DNA of 64,000 bases from the NCBI GenBank assembly GCA_964399075.1, contig CAYNPK010000003.1:6306-70305 (forward strand), given 5' to 3'. This DNA comes from an uncultured Candidatus Saccharibacteria bacterium (GTDB lineage: Bacteria > Patescibacteriota > Minisyncoccia > Phycocordibacterales > JACOZG01). The notes under the pieces were generated by a model that worked only from the letters and a program-made list of their open reading frames with translations, had not been told where the DNA came from and searched no databases. The first letter of the stretch is position 1; each line of letters starts with the position of its first letter. The position numbers and the translations under genes are program-made. Below are positions 46,944-54,313 of this stretch, piece by piece.

Positions 46944-47954
46944 TTATAGCAAATTATTTTGTTGATTTTTAGGATAATCAAAGCCGAGATGGTCATACGA
47001 TTTTTTGGTTGCCGTGCGTCCCCGGGGAGTTCTTTCTAAGAATCCGCATTGGATCAAATATGGTTCATGTACCTCTTCAATCGTCGCCTCTTCTTCAGCC
47101 GTGGCGGTAGCGATAGTTCCCAGACCAACTGGTCCGCCATTAAACTTATCAATAATTGTTTCTAGAACCACTCTATCAGCTATCGATAATCCATATTGGT
47201 CAATTCCCAAGAGGTGGAGGGTGTCTCGCACAACTTGGCGGTTGATGGTTGTGTTATTAAGTTGAGCGTAATCACGACAACGCTTCAGGAACTGGTTGGC
47301 GATTCGTGGAGTAAACCGACTGCGAGCCGCGATTTCTTGAGCCGCCTCTTGATCAAGACTAACGTTTAAAATTTTTGCCGAACGGCTAATGATAGCACTA
47401 ATTTCTTCTTCCGTATAAAATTCTAAACGGAAAGTGCCACCGGAAAACCGTGATCTTAGGGGAGAGGAGAGCATCGCCATTCGGGTGGTAGCGGCAATGA
47501 GAGTAAATGGTGGCAAATCTAATTGGATTACTCTTGCTCCTGGTCCTTTGCCAATGATAATATTGAGAGTTCCCGATTCCATAGCGGGATACAAGACTTC
47601 TTCTATTAGTTTATTTAATCTATGGACCTCGTCAATAAAGAGAATGTCTCCTGGCGATAAATTAGTCAGAATAGAGGCCAGATCGCCAACTCTTTCCACT
47701 GCTGGACCAGAGGTCACCTTCATTTGAGCCCCCAATTCTTTAGCGATTAAGTGAGCTAGGGTAGTTTTACCTAAGCCCGGTGGGCCATAGAAAAGTAAGT
47801 GTTCGGGCGAGTGTTTGCGTTGTTGGGCCGCTTTCAGTAAGATTTTCAGGTTGTCTTTGATTGATTTTTGGCCAATATATTCTTCCCAGATAGTCGGACG
47901 TAGAGAACTATCTAGAAAGCGCTCATCTCTTTTTTGTGCATTGCTACTTGACAT
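46944..47954 (-). CDS. ruvB: Holliday junction helicase RuvB
   Basis: LRP, GPPGLGKTTLA, FIDEVHRL, EEVLYPAME, RTPRGR. Confidence 0.97.
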   Translation of the reverse strand: MSSSNAQKRDERFLDSSLRPTIWEEYIGQKSIKDNLKILLKAAQQRKHSPEHLLFYGPPGLGKTTLAHLIAKELGAQMKVTSGPAVERVGDLASILTNLSPGDILFIDEVHRLNKLIEEVLYPAMESGTLNIIIGKGPGARVIQLDLPPFTLIAATTRMAMLSSPLRSRFSGGTFRLEFYTEEEISAIISRSAKILNVSLDQEAAQEIAARSRFTPRIANQFLKRCRDYAQLNNTTINRQVVRDTLHLLGIDQYGLSIADRVVLETIIDKFNGGPVGLGTIATATAEEEATIEEVHEPYLIQCGFLERTPRGRTATKKSYDHLGFDYPKNQQNNLL

Positions 47955-47982
47955 TGATATTGTGTTATGATATGATACGATC

Positions 47983-48190
47983 GAGGTAGTTAATTGTAAT
48001 CTTAATCGAGCTCATGAACCTCTAAGCAACTAAGCTTACGGGCTTAATCGGGTTTAATCGGAAGGACGAGGCAGTTTTTGTGTTTACATGCGATTGCTTC
48101 CTTTATCCTTGTGATTTTACCTAACTTCTCATTTTGAATGAAAAGGATTGCTTAGAGGTTTATGCTCTCGATTGTCAAAGAACTTACAAA
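47983..48190 (+). ncRNA. Candidate 6S RNA
   Basis: TTGACA-17-TATGAT promoter at 47948-47976; closing stem 48004-48029 / 48148-48173, central bubble, apical stem 48062-48110; G-U pairs favour the + strand. Confidence 0.62.
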
Positions 48191-49875
48191 ATTTCCTCGT
48201 TGATATCTATCACTCGGCCTAATTCTTCCAAACTGGTTACACCAACTAGCACTTTTAACACCCCGTCTTGTCTCATATCCAGAATGCCCTGGCTCTCGGC
48301 TTTGATTCTGATTTCGCGTTCATTCGGATTGGTGTTAACTAAATCAGCAACACTGCGATCAACTAGCACCGCCTCGAAGATTCCTTGTCTGCCTCGGAAG
48401 CCGGTTTGATTACATTGATCACAGCCAGTAGCGCGCCACAATCTTATTGTCTCGGGGACAGCCAGATCGGGGCGCTTCTTCTTGATACTGGCCACTATCG
48501 CTTCTAGTAATTTTTGTTCAGTTGGTGTCGGCGCTTCTTCTTTTTTGCAAACTGGACATAGCTTGCGCACTAGTCGTTGAGCAATAGTGATGTTAATTGC
48601 TGAGTCTAAAATTTTGGCTTCGATTCCCAAGTCTATCAAGCGGGGAATGGTTCCCGCGGCGTTATTGGTATGCAGAGTCGAGAAGACCAGATGTCCAGTC
48701 AGAGAAGAATTGATGGCGATTTTAGCCGTTTCTCTGTCACGGATCTCGCCAACCATGATAATGTCCGGATCTTGGCGCAAAGCACTGCGAAGTCCAGTCA
48801 AAAAAGTGTAATTTTTTTCCGGATTGACTTGAGTTTGGTTGATCCCTTTTAGATGATATTCAATCGGGTCCTCAATGGTAATAATTTTTGTGCCGGATGA
48901 GTTTACTTTGCGTAGGAAGGAGTACAGAGTAGTCGTTTTACCCGAGCCGGTGGGACCAGTCAGCAACACCATGCCGTTTGGTTTAGAAATTTCTTTGTCA
49001 ATGATAGTAAACAAGTGAGGCTCAATACCCAAAGTTTCAAAAGTGACTTGAATTGCTTTAGGATTGAGAATTCGTAAAACAATTGATTCGCCATAAGCGC
49101 CCGGCAAGATAGAAGTCCGAATTTCAATTTCGTCTTCGCCAATCTTAATACTCATCCGACCATCTTGAGCGCTTTGTTTGATATTTAACTTCAAACCGGA
49201 AATTAATTTTACTCGCGATAATAGCCCCTGATAGATTTTGTGGGGAAATTCGTTAATGTCATGGAGAACTCCGTCTAGGCGATAACGCATCCGCACTTGC
49301 TCGGCTTGAGGTTCAATATGGATATCCGAAGCCTCAGTTACCAGGCTACCAGCCAAAATAATTTCTAGTAAGCCAGAAATGCCACCCTCTTTGATCGCCA
49401 ATTGCACCTCTTGGTCCAGAGAATCTTGAATTTCTGATAAGTTTTTGTATTTAGCCACTAATTGGCTAACTTCTTCTGAAGATAGATCAATAATTCCGGC
49501 GTGGGTTCGGGAAGCCTTAGAAATTTCTTGATAACGAGACCAGGCTCGCTCCAGACTGGCCGGTGAGCCGAGATAGAGACTAAGGTTGAAGTTTTTATTC
49601 TTGAGGTCCTTACAAATAGCTTCAGTCTTGGGATTTTGAGGCGACAGAGTAACGAGAAAGAGATTTTTCCCGGTAATTTTGAAAGCTGCAACATTTGCAG
49701 CGCGAGCTTCAATTTCTGGAATTAGACGCAGAGCGTCAGTGTTGATGGCAAACTTGGAGAGATCAATGTAGGGGACTTGATATTTGGTTGATAAAACTTG
49801 CGCCAGCTGTTCCGCCTCCTCACTATAAAGTTCGGTAATCTTTTTTTCTTCTGTTTTATCATCAAACATCAACAT
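48184..49875 (-). CDS. pilB: Type IV pilus assembly ATPase (PilB/GspE)
   Basis: ASDIHIEP, QDGR, GPTGSGKTTTLY, EDPIEY, LRQDPD, TGHLVFSTLHTN. Confidence 0.92.
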   Translation of the reverse strand: MLMFDDKTEEKKITELYSEEAEQLAQVLSTKYQVPYIDLSKFAINTDALRLIPEIEARAANVAAFKITGKNLFLVTLSPQNPKTEAICKDLKNKNFNLSLYLGSPASLERAWSRYQEISKASRTHAGIIDLSSEEVSQLVAKYKNLSEIQDSLDQEVQLAIKEGGISGLLEIILAGSLVTEASDIHIEPQAEQVRMRYRLDGVLHDINEFPHKIYQGLLSRVKLISGLKLNIKQSAQDGRMSIKIGEDEIEIRTSILPGAYGESIVLRILNPKAIQVTFETLGIEPHLFTIIDKEISKPNGMVLLTGPTGSGKTTTLYSFLRKVNSSGTKIITIEDPIEYHLKGINQTQVNPEKNYTFLTGLRSALRQDPDIIMVGEIRDRETAKIAINSSLTGHLVFSTLHTNNAAGTIPRLIDLGIEAKILDSAINITIAQRLVRKLCPVCKKEEAPTPTEQKLLEAIVASIKKKRPDLAVPETIRLWRATGCDQCNQTGFRGRQGIFEAVLVDRSVADLVNTNPNEREIRIKAESQGILDMRQDGVLKVLVGVTSLEELGRVIDINEEIL

Positions 49876-50133
49876 GTTCTTAACTATAATATCATATCTA
49901 GCACGACTTTCAGAAAAAGCTATCTTGACCAGACTTTTATTTTGTATTTATTTGACAAATTTTTGTTAATTAATTTTTGCCATTAAACAATCGAGAGTAT
50001 TTTTCATTTATATTATTTTTTACTCTTCCAAGTGGTTCCAAGCTATTGAACCATTGCGCCCACTTGACAAAATAAGTAGACTATGCCAAGCTATATAGTG
50101 TTCAAAGTGATAGAGAGGGATAGTAAGAAGGAC

Positions 50134-50162
50134 TTGACAAGAGAGGTCAAAAGGTATATACT
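50134..50162 (+). promoter_or_regulatory. Strong sigma70-type promoter of the GC-rich island
   Basis: TTGACA-17-TATACT; a weaker TTGACA-17-CAAGCT lies at 50064-50092. Confidence 0.7.
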
Positions 50163-50361
50163 GTATGGAGTTACTGAAGTTTGGCCAGGACTTTGACAAT
50201 CGAATAGGATGAAGAGGTAAAAATAGAGAAATCTATTGTTATTCCTCAACGTCTGAATAAGAGATAGCGTAAAAACCTTAACCTTGTTCAGATTTGAGGG
50301 ATCGCAATGTTTGCGGTTCTTGGTTCCCGCCAACCGATGGCGAAGTGGCAAGGAGAGCAAC

Positions 50362-50934
50362 ATGAAAAAGATTGTTCTCGCCGGGCCGCCTCGGTCTGGC
50401 AAGAGCTGTGTGCGCGAAGGGCTGAAGCAGGCCATTCGCGCGATTCCCGGCAACGCGGTGTATCCGTATGTGATCACCGCTTGCCCCGACGGCGAAGGTT
50501 CGTGGTTCCAGGAAACTGTGAACAACGACCCAGAGCTGGCGGCGGCGTGCAAGGCGGCCTACAAGGCCAAGTTCACGCCGGAGTTCGTGAAGCGGGTTGC
50601 GGACTCCGTCCGCAATTGCTCGCTCGAGCTGACTCTCGTGGACATTGGAGGTATCACCTCCGTTGAAAACGAGGAGATCTGCAGTTCGGCGACGCACATT
50701 GTCATTCTCGCGAGCGACATGAGCAATGTCGCCGAGTGGCAGGAGTTTGCTCGGAAGGTCGGGCTCACTGTGGTGGCCGAGATTCACTCGGATTACCACG
50801 GCACGGAAGATGGCGTCGAGGGCGTTGGTCCCGACGGTATCCTTCGCGGGTCGGTTCACCACCTCGAACGAGGTGAAGTAGTGGCCGACCGTCCGATGAT
50901 CAAAGCTCTCGCAGACCATTTGCTGGCGATTTAA
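50362..50934 (+). CDS. P-loop NTPase of the type associated with or fused to Csx3
   Basis: LAGPPRSGKS, ITACPDGEGSW, LVDIGG; AAGGAG SD; adjacent to Csx3. Confidence 0.75.
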   Translation: MKKIVLAGPPRSGKSCVREGLKQAIRAIPGNAVYPYVITACPDGEGSWFQETVNNDPELAAACKAAYKAKFTPEFVKRVADSVRNCSLELTLVDIGGITSVENEEICSSATHIVILASDMSNVAEWQEFARKVGLTVVAEIHSDYHGTEDGVEGVGPDGILRGSVHHLERGEVVADRPMIKALADHLLAI

Positions 50935-51079
50935 TTCGCCAGGGTTGTGAGTCAGCCAAAAACTCTCATGGGAAACTGGAGAAGCCCATCTAATTCTTCT
51001 CCTCTCTGTTGAGTTCTTGAGAAGGTCTTGAGAACTCATTGAGAGGTTTGGGACCACTTGAAAAAGAAAGGAGTGTCCC

Positions 51080-51385
51080 ATGTCCACGTACAACATCAGC
51101 CTGACCGATGGCGTGCTCAAGGTGGGGTTCGGGGCTCCGGCCCAGAACGATCAGATCGTGAAGGATGCGGAGACGCGCCTCGACGAGATGATCTCCACCG
51201 GCGAGCTCGCGGGCGGTGACGTGATCCGGGTCAACGGCCCGGCCTCGCTCCCGGTCGCGATGGTGATCGCCCACAAGGTGGCGCACCTGTACGGCGCGGT
51301 GGCGTGCTTCGACCCCAAGCTGTCGAAGTACGTCGTGGCGATCAGCCACGACCCCGCCTACGTCGTGGGCGACCTGATCGACTAA
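51080..51385 (+). CDS. csx3: Csx3/Crn3 family cyclic-oligoadenylate ring nuclease
   Basis: VNGPASLPVAMVIAHKVAHLYGAVACFDPKL..YVVAISH matches the Csx3 signature; AAAGGAG SD. Confidence 0.85.
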   Translation: MSTYNISLTDGVLKVGFGAPAQNDQIVKDAETRLDEMISTGELAGGDVIRVNGPASLPVAMVIAHKVAHLYGAVACFDPKLSKYVVAISHDPAYVVGDLID

Positions 51386-51599
51386 GTCGATCAGAAAAAT
51401 TCAGCAGTTCTTGTTACCGTTCTCTGTGGCAAAAGAATGGTAAGTCGGCAACGGCAGTGTTGCAAACATGGAAGAACAGAGCCTAAAAATTTTGTTCTTC
51501 CCCTTATTCAATTCATCACGTGTTGTGGTGAGTTGATTGGGAAAACGATTGAAAAAAGAAAAAAGAAAGGAGGCCAGCTCGACAAAGAACGTCGGGACG

Positions 51600-51746
51600 A
51601 TGGATATTGCAAACCTCGTTCCGAAGGGTGACGGGAACGCCGAGCTTGATTCGGCGATTCTGGAGGCCCAAAGGGCTTGCGCCGCTTACCGCGCAACGCA
51701 GGCGCAGGTGCAAGACTGGCGCAATCAGCCGGTCTATCCGTATTAG
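51600..51746 (+). CDS. Small hypothetical protein (48 aa)
   Basis: GC-rich codon style like neighbours; MDIANLVPKG...NQPVYPY; SD spacing imperfect. Confidence 0.45.
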   Translation: MDIANLVPKGDGNAELDSAILEAQRACAAYRATQAQVQDWRNQPVYPY

Positions 51747-51895
51747 AAAGGAGGTTAGAGTTTGCTGAAAGATTCTCATCAAAAATCTTTCCCTTTTTAA
51801 GTTCATGAGCGATGTAGTTCGTGGACTTATTGGGATTTCACGCCCACGGGAACGGCTAAGGCCAAATCCCACGGGCAAGAATGGAGGAAAGTATA

Positions 51896-52657
51896 ATGCA
51901 GAATATTGAATGGTCGGATCAGATCGGTTCCCGCGGTCGGGGTGCGTGGCTCCTGTTCGTTAAAGGTGATGAGATCATTCCGTTCAGCGGAATGGATATC
52001 CCTGGCGTGGTTGTGGTCCGAGGAACGGACTACACCAAGAACGGTAAGTGGTCGCACACCACCTACCGGCTTCAGGTCGCGGACAGCGTGCGGCACATCG
52101 CCGGGCGCAACGGCTGGGAAACTGGCCGGTTCGTGGAAGGCCTCGGCTCTGCCGTTGGCTGTGCCACGCCCGACACGTGGGCGGACACAGCCAGTGCGCT
52201 CGGGGTTTCGGTGCCGAGCACGATGGAGTTCCTGCGGGCGTGGCGGCCAGGGGCCGCGGAGAAGTTGGATGAGGTCGAAGAGTCGTTGGCGAAACTGGAG
52301 GAAGTTTCCGAGCAGGAAACTGACTCCGTGATCGTCACCGTCTCGTTCGGCTCGCCGACCAACCGCGCCATCCGCGAGGGATACTGGGAGTGGCCAAAGG
52401 GCATCCCGGGATACGCCGCGGAGATCCGACTGAAGGATTCCGACAAGGGCTGGAGCGAGGGCAACATCACGGTCGTCGGAATCTCCGGCACCGTTCTCTC
52501 GGTCAAGCACTCGGCTGGTATGCACGGCGGTTACTACGCCGTGTCGGTCGCAGTTCTTCCAGGAACGGAGACCGAGATCCCGCCCTTCGAGACCGCCCAG
52601 GAAGTCGCCGAACCGCGGTTCGGCACTTGCTTGGGCGACTTGCTCAAGCGAGGATGA
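51896..52657 (+). CDS. GC-rich hypothetical protein
   Basis: GGAGG SD before ATG 51896; terminator-like hairpin ~52678-52732. Confidence 0.78.
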   Translation: MQNIEWSDQIGSRGRGAWLLFVKGDEIIPFSGMDIPGVVVVRGTDYTKNGKWSHTTYRLQVADSVRHIAGRNGWETGRFVEGLGSAVGCATPDTWADTASALGVSVPSTMEFLRAWRPGAAEKLDEVEESLAKLEEVSEQETDSVIVTVSFGSPTNRAIREGYWEWPKGIPGYAAEIRLKDSDKGWSEGNITVVGISGTVLSVKHSAGMHGGYYAVSVAVLPGTETEIPPFETAQEVAEPRFGTCLGDLLKRG

Positions 52658-52804
52658 AGAAGATGAAGTAGTTCTTTAGGAGGAGGGCGAGAGAGAATCG
52701 AAAAACGATCTCTCGTTCTCCTCCTCCTTTTTGAAATCATCAGCGCGTTGCTGGTGGTTTCATTGGGAGAAGTTGTGAGTCAAATCTTTTTTGGAGGAAA
52801 AATC

Positions 52805-53008
52805 ATGAAGAGTTCTTTGACAGTTCTGTGTCTGTTTCTGCTGGTCGTGGGATTGCTCCTGACCACTAGCACCGGATGCGACCTGGTGATCCAGGCCGGT
52901 GGCGGTGGGGGTGGGTACCCGGTCGTGTACGACTATGGGTACTACGAGCCGGCCGTGGTCTACGACTACAGTTGGTACGACTACGGCTACTACGACTACT
53001 GGTGGTGA
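52805..53008 (+). CDS. Small Tyr/Trp-rich putative lipoprotein
   Basis: GGAGG SD; signal ending TSTG-C; YDYGYY...YDYWW tail. Confidence 0.72.
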   Translation: MKSSLTVLCLFLLVVGLLLTTSTGCDLVIQAGGGGGGYPVVYDYGYYEPAVVYDYSWYDYGYYDYWW

Positions 53009-53019
53009 CGAGGGGACTC

Positions 53020-53255
53020 GAGGGGACTTTCGTTCCCAGAAAGGAAACTACGATGAAAAAGATTTCTTTTCTGATCGTGATGGTGCTGGTGGCGATCACT
53101 ACTGGTTGCGATTGGGAGTTCCGACCTGGTGGCCGTGTGTACGAGTCGATCCCTGTCATTTACAATGATGGGAACTACAACTGGTACAATTACGGCTATG
53201 GTTGGTACGTCACGGAGTACTGACGTGATGAGGGGACTTTCGTCCCCAGAAAGGA
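53020..53255 (+). repeat. Two copies of a 26-nt hairpin+SD intergenic module
   Basis: GAGGGGACTTTCGT(T/C)CCCAGAAAGGA at 53020-53045 and 53230-53255 (25/26 identical). Confidence 0.92.
53053..53223 (+). CDS. Small Tyr/Trp-rich putative lipoprotein
   Basis: AAAGGA SD; MKKISFLIVMVLVAITTG-C; YNWYNYGYGWY tail. Confidence 0.72.
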   Translation: MKKISFLIVMVLVAITTGCDWEFRPGGRVYESIPVIYNDGNYNWYNYGYGWYVTEY

Positions 53256-53262
53256 GAATGAG

Positions 53263-53802
53263 ATGAAAACGCTCACTTCTTTGGTGATTGTGGCGATGAT
53301 TCTGGGAACGGCTTCGACGGCTTCGGCTGGTGAGAGAAGCCACCGCCATCGGCCGGTCTTCGTTCGCTCGGCACCGGTGGTGCGGGTAGTCCGCCCTCCC
53401 GTGGTGGTGCATCGGCGCCCGGTCTACAGACCGATGCCGGTGTACTACGCCCCTCCGCCGATGGTGCGGGTGGTCCGTCCGGTGCCGGTGGTTTACCACC
53501 ATCGGCCTACCACCTTAGAGGGAGTGGCTGGCATCGTTGGCGTTGCTCTTGGTGGTGCGGCGGACATTGTCGCCGTTAGCCGTCAGAGCTCGCCGACGAT
53601 GATCGCGCCCATGCCCCTGCCGGCACCCCCTCCGCCCTATCAGGTGGAGGCGCCACCTGCTGGGTTCGTTGAGACCGGTCGGCGCTACCACAAACATGGT
53701 GGTGACACTGGCCGTCTCGACTACATCAAGGGATGGCTCAATGGGAGGGAGGTCAAGGTCGAATACAACGACTTTGGCCAGATTGAAGAGATTGATGACT
53801 AG
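53263..53802 (+). CDS. Secreted Pro/Val/Arg-rich protein
   Basis: AAAGGAG SD; ASA signal cleavage; VRVVRP repeats; terminator 53826-53867. Confidence 0.78.
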   Translation: MKTLTSLVIVAMILGTASTASAGERSHRHRPVFVRSAPVVRVVRPPVVVHRRPVYRPMPVYYAPPPMVRVVRPVPVVYHHRPTTLEGVAGIVGVALGGAADIVAVSRQSSPTMIAPMPLPAPPPPYQVEAPPAGFVETGRRYHKHGGDTGRLDYIKGWLNGREVKVEYNDFGQIEEIDD

Positions 53803-53881
53803 TGAGCCGGGAGGTCTCGCTGTCACACACGCGCCTACTGCTTTCGAGCGGTGGGCGTGTTTTTTTGCTAAAATAATTTAG

Positions 53882-54313
53882 ATGAAGACTTTAAGTCACA
53901 ATGAACAAGAAACTCTTGGAGTGGTTAAGACTCTTCTTGGCTCTCTGAAGCCGGATTCTTCTTCTGCTACAATCTTAGGCTTAATTGGTGATCTAGGATC
54001 AGGTAAAACCACTTTTACTCAACTTCTGGCTCAAGAATTGGGAGTGACCGAGTCGGTTACTAGTCCGACTTTTGTGTTGGAGAAAATTTATCCTCTAAGT
54101 AATCAGGCTTTTAATCGTCTTGTTCACATTGATGCTTATCGATTGGATAAATCGGAAGAATTATCGCAACTTGGTTGGGATCAATTGATTCGCGATAAGG
54201 GTAATTTAATTGTGGTTGAGTGGGCTGACCGGGTGGCCTCAATTCTTCCGTCTCGTCATCTTAAAATACATTTTCGCTTTATTGATTTAACCACGCGTGA
54301 AATCTCATGGTAA
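53882..54313 (+). CDS. tsaE: tRNA threonylcarbamoyladenosine ATPase TsaE
   Basis: GDLGSGKTTF, VTSPTF, HIDAYRL, VEWA. Confidence 0.95.
   Translation: MKTLSHNEQETLGVVKTLLGSLKPDSSSATILGLIGDLGSGKTTFTQLLAQELGVTESVTSPTFVLEKIYPLSNQAFNRLVHIDAYRLDKSEELSQLGWDQLIRDKGNLIVVEWADRVASILPSRHLKIHFRFIDLTTREISW

Noticed and set aside
48050-48080. SRP (4.5S) RNA suggested by CGGAAGG
   Set aside because: Lacks the paired CAGG...GGAA...AGCAG domain IV geometry; overall fold fits 6S better
53020-53255. 26-nt palindromic repeat near csx3 as a CRISPR array
   Set aside because: Only two copies, 210 nt apart, with an ORF between them and an SD in each; no cas1, cas2 or cas6
50934-53263. Classical integron attC cassettes
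   Set aside because: No consistent RYYYAAC...GTTRRRY ends; the only tyrosine recombinase is Xer-like and 35 kb away
50278-53826. Long antisense or overlapping ORFs in the GC-rich island (e.g. 50278-51120, 51827-52525, 52996-53502) and 1964-2614
   Set aside because: Shadow ORFs expected at high GC3; the opposite frames carry the SDs and recognisable motifs
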